From positions 28,971 through 92,970 of the forward strand of contig NMRA01000715.1 in assembly GCA_002633005.1 (NCBI GenBank): DNA of 64,000 nucleotides. The letters run 5' to 3'. This document shows, piece by piece, positions 1 through 13,700 of this stretch. How positions within the stretch are numbered: the stretch's first letter is position 1; every line of letters begins with the position of its first letter. The position numbers and the translations under genes are program-made. A model generated the notes under the pieces. The model made no database searches. It saw only the letters and a program-made list of their open reading frames with translations, and was not told the DNA's origin. This stretch comes from Phoronis australis. Taxonomy: Eukaryota; Animalia; Phoronida.

Positions 1-635
1 TATTACTATTTAAAGCAGACTTCTTGCCTAAAAGTTTGTTCAAATGGTCTGTAAACTCTGCTCGTCATTTCCAAACTATGAAAGTAGACAGTTTTGCAAT
101 ACAATTTTCACTATGGTGCAAAGTTGAGGCAAGATTTTTTATTGCTCAGTCATCAAGACTAGCTCTTTAACTGTATGTTCAAAACGTCACATAAGGCTAC
201 CAGGTGTTTTATGGCAGTAAAAAGGTCACAAAAATGGCCACTAAAATTAGCCCCAAAAAGTGGTCTGTGGATTATCTCCCCTGTCTAGCACAAAACTGTC
301 AGATTTTAATAAATGGCACAGAATTATGTACAGTATACGTTGGTTATTTCAGCCACCAAAACATAGCTTTTGGTCTATTTTGTATGTTACTCATTTTTGT
401 TGCTGAAAACATGCGATTTTCGAGACGGCTAATATGCCCAATTGTGCTAATTTGTGTTATCATGCTCCAGCGGCGAACTTAGGGGTCATTGAGTGCACAA
501 AATTTGGCATTTGGGTTTATGTTAGGATACCTACCCATGTACAAAAAATGAAGTTGTTTTAAATTTTGACGTATAGACTGATTTTTTGAAAATCTACTGG
601 TTTTTATATGGACTGTCTCTTAAAAGAGTTTATAA

Positions 636-892
636 CAGGGGCGGATCCAGGATTTGGATTCAGGGTGGCCAGGGCACAGGAATAACCGGAATTTTGCCAC
701 ATGCGCGCGCCCAGCCTAAAATGTAAAGGATGCAGGGGTCTCGAATTTTTGTGTTTGTGGACCTTATTACTAAAAAAAGGTAAATGGGTTTGTTCAAGGC
801 CTGGGTGCGCGCATATGCTGGTAAGCAATTCGCACCCCGAACTGCCAACTGGTATCTGGCCTCCTTGGCCCCCTCCCCTAAATCCGCCACTG
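636..892. mobile_element. hAT-type MITE (CAGGGGCGGATCC...AATCCGCCACTG) with 5-bp TSD TATAA
   Basis: Short TIRs; TATAA on both flanks; related copies at 16914..16988, 45531..45820 and 50590..50742. Confidence 0.7.
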
Positions 893-1574
893 TATAAGAT
901 GTAACATGACTATGCCAGATAACATTTCATCAACCGTGTACAAAAGGATAAGCGGATCGAATAAGTTTAAGGGAGGGGTGGATGGAAGTTAGAAGAGTTG
1001 TGTTTAAGCACAGAATAACTCTCCATATACCACCACTGAAAGATCGTCTGCGAAGCTCATGCAGGGAAGAAAATCGAAGACTTTGATGAACAAATTTTTC
1101 CACTGCGCTCCATCATGGCACGCGTGCAAGGAAACCAGCGTTTATTTTGATCCGACTGTACATTTTACCTGCATCGTGTGTTCAGTGTCTAATATTCATA
1201 GACGTGAATTCGTGACATCTAAGCAGGTGGTATAAGAGACATTTTGTATACCGGTATGTATATTTAATTTAGGAGTCATGGTGTGTAAGTAGAGCACTGT
1301 AAGCTAATGACACCTATCGGTATTAGAGTGAGTCGAGGCAGACGCCTTGACATAAATCACGTATATTTATGCAGCGCTTATCTTGATTTTTATTTGATAT
1401 TTCTCGTAAAGAATGGACACTGGCCCACAAAAGAGTCACATATATCAAATATAAACATAAACTAAACAAATGGATGGCACCAAATATGGAGAAACGTTGG
1501 AAATTAAATATAAACGGCCACCAAACAGCTTTTCAACAATTTGTCTCAAAACTTAAAACGTTCAACAGAAAGTG

Positions 1575-1709
1575 TTAACTATTCGCATTTTGTCTCTTCC
1601 AGTACCAAATCTGTCTTTTGTAATTATAACACTTGACCATAGAGATGTAATCCCCGTTTACTGATAGTTGTAAACAACGACCCGTATCCACGTGGCGTAT
1701 CTGTCCTCC
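1575..1709 (-). CDS. GALNT: GALNT exon 11 (lectin gamma repeat, stop)
   Basis: [47 protein letters not shown]; TAG| acceptor. Confidence 0.9.
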   Translation of the reverse strand, partial: GGQIRHVDTGRCLQLSVNGDYISMVKCYNYKRQIWYWKRQNANS

Positions 1710-4700
1710 CTAGAAATGGAAAGATAACTCTTGAGTAGAGCAATTATGGAAAATTGTTAGAAGACATTTAGTGCACCAAGTCAATGTCCAGCTCACCAGG
1801 AAGGAAAAAACTGGCGCATCAGACACACATGCAATATAAGCGATATAGTATGGGTCATCGACTAGACTTGGTTAGGGCTGTGCTGTATTTAAAAGTGGTT
1901 TTATTTATATTTTGATTGGTTTTGAATTGTTCGGAACTGAAGCTAGACAAGACTTTACGAGGTTTCACAAAGTGTAGAATTAATATGCCGAGATCACTAG
2001 CATTTGATTGGCAAATGTTTTAGAATATTCTGGGGACACCCAATAATATTCCTCGATTATTGTTTGGTGTCCCGATTTTTTCATTCTAAATGTTGACAAC
2101 CATGTACATGTAAGAGATGTTCAATATAACAATGTCTCTTTGTTGTGAATATTGTAATTTTCCTGAGTCCACTTTCTTTAGTCTCATACCAGTCATAAAA
2201 AGTCTTCACGGTAACACTCGCTACATGTAACACTATTAGTTATTTGTTTACGGTAACACTCGCTACATGTAACACTATTAGTTATTTGTTTACGGTAACA
2301 CTCGCTACATGTATCACTATCGGTTATTTGTTTACGGTAACACTCACTACATGTATCAGTGTCAGTTATTTGTTAATTTCTGAGGATTAATTATGTTGTG
2401 TCTAAATTTTTATGTGACGTCCTACCCTGCAACCAATTTAATGAGCAATCCACAATTTATTTCAAAGCTACACGATAGATGTTTGCCATTGTTCATCTAT
2501 CTGAAAAAATCCTCTAAATTTAGGATACTTAGAGGTAGTTGGAGTAATTAGTTTAGCACATTTTTTGTAAATGTCGTTGCGTCCTTAATTTTAATGAAGA
2601 ATGCAATTGTGATAAGTGACACCAACAGTCCAATTAATATATAAACACGTATAAGTTTGGATGAATGTCTGACTAAATTCTTCCCAGCAACTGTCAGGGA
2701 ACCATGTTCTAAAATCTTTACTTTATGTGATGGCAAATTTTGAATCATTGAAACTATTTTCCTGCTGGTTTAATTAGTCATTTACATGACCTCTCTGGTT
2801 GATATCCTTTTTACGTTACTGTTACTCCCTACGTTAATTGACATTACAACTTAATTAATTGACTAATTAACTGCACGTTTTGGTAAAACTATTGGTGCAA
2901 GAACTGAACATATTTTTTAAATCTGCCTGGTATGCAAAACGAGAATTATTGATGAAGTAAATAGTTGCTCTTTTGCTTCTGGTATAAACACACACTATCA
3001 AGAACTTACATGTATGAATGGTTTTCTAATGAAATGACTCTTGTGCAGTTCAGTAGAAAAACAGTGGAGTTGTGAAAAGTTTTAGTGACAGTAAAGAAGG
3101 CGACATTTTTCCATTGGCCTAATGATAAAATATCTATTTGTTATATTTTGCCCTAGGTACATGAGCTTGCTATTGTTTTAAAGCTCAGGTGGTGAGCGGA
3201 AATGTGAATAGATTTAAGGGCAATTGTAAACATTCGAAATTAGTGTAACATGTCTAGATGGCTTTCCGTTACGCCAACCAGCTAAGTAGCGGTTGTACCC
3301 ACGAATCATATTAGCAGATGATACTCCGTTTGACAATGTTTGCGGCCATTAGAGCGCAACATACTCCAAAAAGTTAGATGGAATAATAATAATAAAAATT
3401 TAAATTTACTTCGTCTGTACTAAACAAACATTCCACCTTCAGATTATGTAAGACCTTATTGACAAGTGTATACATTTAGCCAAATATCTACAAAACTGCG
3501 GAATTTAACTCAGCAAAAGTATGTATTTTCTAAAATTATAAATTTGTTAGAATTTGATTTTTGATATGTAACCAATCTGCCACTAATTAGGTCACATGAC
3601 CTTGATTTTTAGGACAATTTACCAGGCACACCTACAGGATCAACAACATATGACATAAATGTTCAATATAAAATCTCAAAAACGCTGTTACAGTTTTCAA
3701 AACTGTACTTTCGTTTCAGATTTCTGCAATTTTTTTCACAAAAAATTGTAAGTCCTAATTTATTTCATGAACAACCGGGAAAATTTTAAATGTACACTGT
3801 AATTCCTCAAATATTTTTGGTGACCAGTGAATAAAGCACAGTTTCGTAAAGTTTCATGTCATTTATGAGTTACGATGTTCCGAAGTTGGCCAAAACTTAC
3901 TTAACATAACTTAACTTGGGTCCTTCACAACCTTAAGCGCTACTTTCCATACGAATAAACAACGTCGGAACAAACGAATGCAAACAACTCCAAACGGATG
4001 CGCGGCGCAACCTCAGCCGCGCGTTATCCAAGTTCAGTTTTCAGTCCTAGGGTCCTATGTTTTGTGTATGACGGAGGGCATGAGATGCACGTGGTCGACT
4101 GTATGCAGCGCGTGTATGGTAGGTGAAATATACCAAATCAGTATGCGTTTGCCAAAACTAGAAACATCTTTTCTGCGATTGATGAGGAAGGAATCACAAT
4201 TGTTGTATTTCGTAAAAAATAGATTTTCGGAGAGGAAGAAAAGAATTGAAATGAGAAAAGGAGTGCTTTCATGTTGAACGAACGCTGTTAATGAAACAAA
4301 CACCGCGATTCGTGGGAGGATAATTGTCTCCCTGTTTGAGTACGTAACCTTCATCACAATACAAAGCTGCCACCTACCGGTTCATAGGACCATTCCTGAG
4401 GACCTCTGTTGTGATGACATCTGTACAGTATCAGGTCACTTCCGTTGTAATCCAAACAATAGTCATCACGTCTAATTTGACCAATTTTACTAAGATACCA
4501 CACCTGGGATAGGTAATTAAATAGAATTTATAGATTCGTGTAATAATATCAAAATGGAAGCTAAAATTCTCAAAATTTCAAGATTCACAGTTTACTCATG
4601 AACTAGCACACATGCTTTGGGATTGTCTCCTAGCAACATTTCCAAATGTGCAGCCAGAACGTCAGTGTTCAACACGCGTACACCTCCATTACTTTACCTG

Positions 4701-7700
4701 AACGACTTGGACTACGGCTTTTAACACACTTTTAAAACACTATTTACTTGATTAGTAAAACCTGCGCGTCTGGAGTTCAATAACAGACTGGTAGGCCTAC
4801 ATGTAGCTGTTGTTTCTAAACTCTGTTGAGATCAGTGAGCAACATTCACTGTTCTCGGTAGTTATGTGTGTTCACAAATTAAAAATAAACCTAACATGTT
4901 CAACTTCTAGTTAAGCTACAGATTTTTCGGTCAAGTGTTTGCGAGTGGTTGTACCCTTACTTGATTCCCGCCCTGTCCGTGACAACCGTAAGTCTGTATT
5001 TTCTTATTCAGCTCAGATGGTCCAGCGGGGCTATCGACGCACATGCTCATAGCTGCATTTCTTATCTGAAATGACAAACAGGAAGAAATACACTATTGTG
5101 ATATTAAAAACGTATTTCACACGATTTTACTGAATTTGCATCGATCGCTACAATACAGTGTGTATGATCCTCAAGAGGTCCACTTAGTCAATGTTCTGAG
5201 GTTTGTGCACGAAGTTTAGTATATCTCTACCCTGCCCCCTCTCACATCCACGCGGTGTGGGGGGCCTGTACTACTAAAATGATAAAGCAACAAACGAGTG
5301 ACAACATAGTGGCACTGCTACTAAGCCAAACGTCAATTTGTTCCATTCATAACTTGTTTTTTTTTAAAGGTAGACTAGCACCTTGGCAGACCTCACTCTT
5401 TCATAGGGCTATGAAAGGTAGCACTCTGGAATAATTTTATTTGACATGGCTTCTCATTCTTTAAAGTAATGAAACCAATGTCATAACATTCAGTCATTCC
5501 CCTTGGTTGAAATCTGGGAAAAACCCTCTCAGTTCACTGTTACGTAGTATAAGCGATCGCCTTTTACTTTAATAGTTACAGTTTACTAAAACAGCAGTGA
5601 TCGAAGAAAACAAAATGAGAGGAATTCCTGATCCCGTGGCTTAAGCCCAAACAAGTGCAGTGCATAAAGGCGTGCGCAGTGCTGTGGATGCCGGGGCGTA
5701 GGTGCAAGTAGGCGCAGCCAACCACCTTTTGGCATTTTAACGTAGCGCCTACGCACCGTTAGTTACGTTCAGTGCTCAAGGTGATACAATTAGCTCTGGG
5801 CCCCTACTTATCTCTAACTTTACCACTACAGCACTGGGCGTGCGCAAGTGGTGGCGATATGATCGGTATACTTCCGACCAAGGCATGCGCATTGACGCCC
5901 TCACACGGAATTCCGTGTGTTGTTCATCATGTTTCCACAGGGCCACTTTCCAATATAGGTGGCGCTGTGTCGTAGGGTGCATGGCAGACACCAATCGGTT
6001 TCGATCTATTTTGGCGCATGATTTGTAGAAGAAATGACGTCAAGTAACCTAGCAACGAAGGATCGCCCTCTCAATAAGACCAGAGAAAAAAAAATCTGTT
6101 TCTATTACACATGTTCATGCCTTCTGGGTAATGAGATTTACTTCACTCACGACAAGTTTGTATATTCATGCCCGCACCCAACCTCGAATTTTTGAGAATA
6201 TGCACCTTTTTCTAAGATTCTCTGAGGTGGACTTTTTTGCTCACTTTGCAAATGGGGGAGGCTCGTTGGATCCCCCCAGCCCCCCCCCCCTCACCCCCGG
6301 GTGCGCTCACGATATTATTTATGTACAAAAATGCATAGTAGGGATGAAAGCGAGGCCAGTTAGCAACTAAATCTGAATATGGTTCACGAGATATCTGGTG
6401 TTATGTGTTAAAAGGTAAGGCAACCTTTTTCATGTCACTTTTAGTGAAAATACGATCCATTGATTATCACAAACATATGTTTCAGTTAATTCCGGCTCCC
6501 CGTAATTTTATTAATTAATCGTGCACTACTACGGAAGTGACGTTTAGGGGGTTAAAAATTTATAACCAATTTGTTTGTGCATTCGAGTTTAATAATGTTG
6601 TTTTTGTGCTGGTTTCCTAACATTGTCTTCACCACTTCCCACCGACGAGTATTCTTCGACAAGCTATGTTGTTATTTTACATTGGATTTGGAAATCTTTT
6701 AGTTCCTGGTAGCCTGAAAATGGCTGCAGTCGGTGACCCATATCACAGACACAGTGACGTGAGTGACAGAGACATTGTTCATAGCAGTGGTGACGAGCGA
6801 TTTTTTCACGAACAGTCAGTGGATGGATAAACATGTATGTTTGAGCCAGAGTATAGTGAGGCAGAATACGCACAGACACCTGTTGAGAGCGATGAGGAAG
6901 AGACAGAGGACGGACGTGGCGGGACGTCTTGGTGCAAATGCACGGTGTGCACTGTCATGTCGACCTCAATGGAATGCCCAAACTGTTGCCACTGGATGGT
7001 GATATGAACACCGAAATCGCTTACATCCCACCGTGTGACTCCCTCGCCACACACCTGGCACCTTCTAAATAGCTCCAATGTTTGACTGAAGTCCACAGTA
7101 AACTTTTGGATCACCAGCCTGATCACTGGACGACAAACTGCCCTCCCCGCTGGGTGTCGAAATGGGCCTGTATTCACTCCCACTACTCAACATCACTACA
7201 GTGGCTGCTTACAGGCTCTGGGCTGGAGACAACACCAGCACAGGGCGAATCCATGCTAGGAATTGAACGCTTTGAGGTACGGTCGAAGGAACGTGTAACA
7301 GAAGATGAAGGGCCTCCAGCCACTCTAGAGGCCACAGCTCGCGAGGCAACTCGCTTCAAAAATGCACTTCTCATGGCTGGCGACTGGACGCTTCCGGGAA
7401 TCAACAGCGACACTATGGCATCCTTCTTCAGTCGTTGTTTTGCAGGAACCTTCATGAATTTCGTGTACATATCTCTTTCGTAATCCAACGGCAGAAAATG
7501 CTTGCCACACACTCGGTAATTCTCCACTGCTTTGTACGTGTCTTGGACGGTAACGCTGCATTCTTCACACGAAAGAGCGGTACGGCGGAGCGTGTCATCT
7601 TTCGGAAAGCAGTGTAACAACATACCCAAAGTGCGCGTCAGACGATAATGAGTACACGCCGGTACGCAGCAACCGTGCAACATGTTGACTGACTGATAAA

Positions 7701-10700
7701 GAAACGCAAACGACGACCGAACTTATCACAACCGAGGTAAAACAATGGCTGACTCGACAACTCATACAGTGAGACTATATGAAAAAATGGCGGAAAATTC
7801 TTATCCCCCTAAACGTCACTTCCGGGAAGCGGTTATTAATTAAAAAATATGTCTGGGATAATCAACGAACCGTATTTTTACTAAAAATGACATGAAAAAG
7901 GGTCGCCTTCTCCTTTAATCAATGACAAACAATTAGTTTGTTTTGTGTTGAATTCCGTAGACGTAATAATCTCGCTAAGGAAGCTAATGTGATCACGTGC
8001 TGCGCAAGATTCTAGTGCATCAACGGAACTCGACGCTATTGTGCGCTCCGACCCATATCAAACTTGCACTTCACTGTTTAAAAAAGAAAGGTCCCACCTG
8101 CATCATTGGACATTTCATAGATTTAGTGAAGAACAGGTTTGTAATCTTTTCAAAGGTGTGTGGAGTCATGTGTAACCTGCTGTATTTCGACACATGACAT
8201 AATCCCTGCAAGCACGACCACGTGCTTGATCTTGAAATAGCGTGAACGCAGTCGTTTTAACTGCACTAAAACTTTTGACATGTTAGATTAAAAACTGATG
8301 CCACGTGTTTGTTTATTTTGTTCGGAAAAGTTAAGACTTGCAACTAAAACACATCACATTCATTACATGCAGACGTTGGTGGCGCTGCAAAAATGATTGT
8401 TGTGCATAGCTATTCAATACACAATGACACGTTTTAGCATCAGTTTTAAAAACGTAAACGTAAAAGCGTGCGTGTTCCAAAACATGCAGAACCATTTGTA
8501 GTTTGGACACAACACCTCGTTTGCAAGCATGATGGCAAAACCCTGCAAGTTGTGAATTCTCTGGTTACATAATCAATATTGAGACCTTGACCTTGAGTGA
8601 GCAAACCAAAAAGTTTGTCTTAATTACCTCCCCTGAAGCCAGCGCTTCGCCAGGTATAAACATCTCTGGGTGGATATTTCGTAAGAACCACGAAAAAGAT
8701 TTACACTTTAACCTCTTGCGTAATTCGCGACGTTCAGAAACATCCCCATAGTCACCCTGTAAAATTATACCTGTACCTGTAGCCAAGTTAAGCGATTATA
8801 GTGACAGCACGATTAGACATGCATGGTACTTGTTTCACATGACAGATAACATTTAAATAGCAAGCGTTACTACATCTCAACGTTCATGTGTTCAGATCCA
8901 GAGAAAATCAAAGAGGACGAGGCATATCGCTAATTACACCAGTTACAACACAGGAAAACACAACAGTGAATCGTCTTACTCTTATGAAAGCTCAGACCTT
9001 CTGTAGTTGTCTATTTTCCTCGGTATGGTCACAGGCGCACACTCAATAAGGTGTTTAAGTCCGGAAGTCAAAAGTCTTTTTTGTCTTGAACTTCCATGAT
9101 AATGGCGTCAGACTATGGTATAGGAATAGCAGGCTAAGGTGCTTTTGACGAAAGGCGTTTAATTAATCTCCGTTGCGCAGGAAGTTGTTGCGATTAGAGC
9201 GGCGTGACCATGACTGCACTGAGTCGTGCTCCAACTTCCCCGTCACTAAACACTTCATTTGGAGAAGGGTCTGCGGAATCCAGTGGTTTTGAACAATATA
9301 TGTTTTCTATGCATATAATACGTGTACACGACATTTTAAAAACTTTTTGGTATTTACCACGCGTGTGGAATGCACGTTTCACTCGGTTGGAAAGTAAGAA
9401 AAAGGTTTGCTTAAATGCGTTTGGAAATTTTCTGATAGTCCACTGGGGCTTTTTCACTTACCAAATCATACCCAATTTTCTCGTAGTAGTATTTTTTGTA
9501 ATCGTCCAGCCAAACTTCGGCCAGACGAACCAAATTCTTTTTCAGGAAATCACCTTTGCCCTTAGAATACGTGGCACCTTTCTTTCCACGAAATATGTGG
9601 CCGACTTGTGAACACGGATGTGTAACTAGGGCGCCACCGCACATCCAAATCTTGAAATTATAAAAAAGTAAACGTTACTTAGACTTCTCGTGAGTTACCA
9701 GGAAATCCATACAGTGATAACACCGTGGTGGAATACGCCATCCTATTGATGCTCAAGCGCGCCAAAGCTGTGTCTTTTATTGCCTAGGCTAAGTCATACA
9801 CAACTACATGTAGATGGAAGGGTATGTCTTACGTAGTCGTGGTAAAGTCTTGCTTAGTTTTGGTTCGTGATGCACAATTAGGTGGAAGGCTGTGTCTCAA
9901 GTGACCAAGGAAAGTCATTAATGCACAGTTAGGTAGAAGACTTTGTTTCATGTAGCCATGGTAAAGTCATACACAGGTTGTTGGAAGGCAATGTCATACA
10001 TAGCATGGTAAAGTCACAAATAATTTGCTCGAAGGGCATTTTTACTTGGTCTTGGTAAAATAATGCACAATTAGCTCGAAGGCCATGTTTTACGTATTCT
10101 CGAGAAAGTCATACGCAATTAACTGGAAGGTTACGTCTTATCGCACTTATTCTTAAGGTGTTGTTTATGTTTTAATTATAATTGCACGACGCCCAAATCT
10201 CAAGGTATAAAAACTATGTGAAATATTTACCAAATTGAACCCTGAGTACAGGATTATGCACACGTGCGACATTTTAAAATCATACCCTGAAAGACAACTC
10301 TAAATTTTCGCCTCCCCAAATATCCATGGCTGCATCGTATGTACCAATTGTGTGAAAATATTCCCTTTGGATGGAAAACAAACCTCCCGCCATCGTTGGA
10401 GACCTGAAATGTAGTCAAAGTATTCCATACATCTAATACATTAACAGCATCGCGTTCATCTGGTGGTGTATAACCTGAACAATAAAACTGTGAAGCATCT
10501 CAAGTGTAAGTTACTTCTGTGACCTTGATGTCAAAGTTACAGCTTGATTCATATCTTTAAAAGAGAATGCACCCGATTTTATTAGTCTTTTTACCGTCTT
10601 AATCGGTCTATATCCACATCTCCTCTTATACGGTCGACCTCACCTTAGTTGCCGAGAGGTGTCGCTTTAACTTGTGAGGAAGGTGAGAAACGACGCAGCG

Positions 10701-13700
10701 ACGTCAGTGGTTCGTCTGCAGAGTGAATGCCGCTATATTGCGGTGCATTGTTTCCGCTTGTCCGAACTATGAAGCTGCGAAGAAAGCGGGTATATCGTTT
10801 TTCGACTTCCTCGATAGCCCGAAATGCTTAGGAAGTGGCTTGCGGTAGTGAAGAATGAAAGGTATTTGGTTAATAGCAAGTATGAGGACGTGAAACATCT
10901 TTGTGTCTGTGGCCGGCATTTCGTCAACAGTGATTTCTCTGACGAATTCCGGCTTACCAAAGAACTATCCATACGTTCCGTTGCCTGTCCATGTTCCGGC
11001 ACCTCTCTAGTACTCAGTTCTTGATCAGTGTATTCCGGTTGGAACTGATAGCCTGTGAAACCTAACGATCCGACCCGAGAAGTCTTCGTCGTATGAGCTC
11101 TTGACTAAGTCGGGATTGGCGCCGGGCGAGATGCCATGTAGACGTTTATTATTCTGCGTTCTGTTTCAAAATGAATTATTCTCATCCTAAAATGATCCTA
11201 ACCAATGCTTATATGAAACTGAAACAAAGTCTGTCTCGTTAGATACAGTTTTGTAATGCCTTGGAGTGGGTGAGTGCAAATAGTTTGAGAAGCCAGCAAT
11301 GAATAAACCATTGCGTTACCGGCTTTTGATGCCGGCAACAAATTAATTGACCGGGCACCGAGGCCGTGTGAGCGCATGCTAATTCATTGTTTGCTGTCAG
11401 AAAGCTGTTGTGAAACAATTGCTCGATTTTATATGCTATGGTCACATGTTAGGTTAATCTTTAGAAATACAAATACATTATTCAAATCATTGCTACTGTA
11501 CAACCTTTGCCCTGACGGTCTGTGCAAGGGGAACCCTACTTCGCGGCTCCCTACAAGTAAGTAGATTTTCAGTTTCGTGGCTAATTCACATAAATAATTA
11601 CGTGCACATTATTTCTTTGCCTCACTATTATAGTCTTTTTGTGACTTGGAGGTTTAGTTTCCAACTCAAGCTGGTTTATGTTCATGCCAGTCCCGGCGGT
11701 CGCGAAGGGTCGGATCGAGTTCCGAGCCACTGTCCGGAATAACGAGTCAGTCCGGCAGCGACGGGCCTGATCGGGTTCCGAGTGTTTTGTGTGTTTAGAA
11801 CTCAAAAAATCACAAGTCTAAACAACACAGATCTAAGTTCTCCTGTCTGTATTTCACGGAAGAACACTTCGAATTTATCTCCGAACAGACCTCAAACTCC
11901 TGCTACGGACCTTGGTAAATTGTCCTGCCGAACTTTGTAGGCTACGTTGTGTCCAAATACTAGTGAATCCGTAACAGCGAAATAAAACAACACGTTTTTA
12001 TAAGAACTCGGTGAATTTTTAAGGGTTTTACATCGAAGTTTGATGATTTATTGGTGTTAAACGATGAATTCAAGCGATAAGCTGACACCACTGACCCCCG
12101 TTGTGAACTGCTGAACTGCCTGCAGGTGAAACCAATTACGTCATTGAATAATTTCAACACCTAGTCCGTCTTCCGTCAGTTGTCAGGTAACGTAACAGAA
12201 CCTGCCGTTGTAGAATAAAACTACTCGATCTAAATTGATACAAAATAGGTTGTTTTTGGGTGGCATTCTCCTTTAATGTTCTCGAAAGAGTGAATGTGAG
12301 CAATGGCACAAATTTAAAAAAATGGTCTTTCTTCAACAGTATCATTATTTCTAAAATGTATAGGTCTATTTAGTAGAGATTCTAGTTTATTTATATTGAC
12401 TGCCGTTTTATATAATTCTCTGACATTCTTCAACAAGTCTGTTAATGGTGCTCATAGTGCACTTGCCAAGTCATTACACCCAACCCACCAATCGACTTAA
12501 TTGGATGGTAGTGACATCTTCTGGATTGCCTCGACTTTGACATGATTGGTCGTTGATTTTGTAATGAACATACATAGACTCTATTCACGCGGCAGACATT
12601 AAAATCCAAAGCGAGGCTCACTGCGATAAACAAAGCGAAAGTAGACATTGCGTGAGTTAAATAGCCGGTCTTTCGAGTCCAACCTGGATATTAAATTTTA
12701 ATGATGTGTCAACAATTAAACCACACAGACGTAGAAAATTACATTAGGGAACATGTTAAGGCGTCAAAGAGTTGTCTGACGAAAGGGTTTAATTTTTCTC
12801 GGAAAACTAGGTTCGAAACATGAAACGTAAATATGACCAAATTGCGGCGATCGTAGTATTACGGATTAGGTATTATGCTGAATGCAGGGTTACTTTTTTC
12901 TTGTAAATTGTTGATCAAAATACTTTCTACGCGGACCAGGTCATCTGCTCGTATTGTTGACGAGTTGAAGACATGCTGTATTCGACAGTGGTGGCTGTCA
13001 TGTGCAATTAGTCACAGCTGGTTTAATTTGTTGATCAAGAATATTAAAATCAAGCATAGCCTGATCCTATGCACTCCCTTGGACTAACATTTGATTTGTC
13101 ATTGATCTGAAAGAATAACTGATCTTATTAAATATATTTTTTATTAAAATAATAAACCCGACTTGTAATTGAAAATAAAAATTATTTGACCATCAATTCT
13201 GCTTTCTTGGTTGTAATAGTTCTTGCGTCTATTTCATGTGTTAGATTTCAAGTATCAATTTGGACCAAGTTGAATTTTAAAATTAAAACACCAAATTCGT
13301 TCGTATAAAACGTAACCTCGTTTTAGAACTCAATTTCAGTTAACTGGACAATGAAATCATAGTTATCATGTTTCTGCAGAAACCTCGTTCATCCGAGGGG
13401 AAAGGTGCTAGTGCCTACTGAGAGGCGATTTTTTCGCCGAGTGAGGGCGGGAACAGTCTACCTCCCGATCACCATCAATAGCACCCCCGCCCTGTTGCAA
13501 GCTCTCATAGGCTCTGTCTCATTTTAAAGTAGCCTTTTGTGCTNNNNNNNNNNNNNNNNNNNNNNNNNNNNNNNNNNNNNNNNNNNNNNNNNNNNNNNNN
13601 NNNNNNNNNNNNNNNNNNNNNNNNNNNNNNNNNNNNNNNNNNNNNNNNNNNNNNNNNNNNNNNNNNNNNNNNNNNNNNNNNNNNNNNNNNNNNNNNNNNN

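Larger units (their letters stand above)
6412..7914 (-). mobile_element. Internally deleted Kolobok DNA transposon (element 1) in GALNT intron 8
   Basis: TTAA at 6408-6411 and 7915-7918. Imperfect TIRs of about 120 bp (AAGGTAAGGCAACCTTTTTCATGTCA... / ...TGACATGAAAAAGGGTCGCCTTCTCCT). Contains a THAP transposase start on minus and a KolX-like start on plus. Confidence 0.85.
10561..12272 (+). mobile_element. Internally deleted Kolobok DNA transposon (element 2) in GALNT intron 5
   Basis: TTAA at 10557-10560 then AAGAGAATGCACCC; right end GGGTGGCATTCTCCT then TTAA at 12273-12276 (only about 15 bp match, so the right boundary is less sure); THAP remnant on plus, KolX-like remnant on minus. Confidence 0.65.

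Noticed and set aside
7183-7683. Domesticated host THAP gene
   Set aside because: Lies inside TTAA-flanked TIRs, lacks the conserved Trp, and is truncated
5066-8627. Alternative lectin-alpha exon, as known for Drosophila pgant9 and C. elegans gly-5
   Set aside because: No second CxD...CHxxGGNQ exon found by eye in the flanking introns
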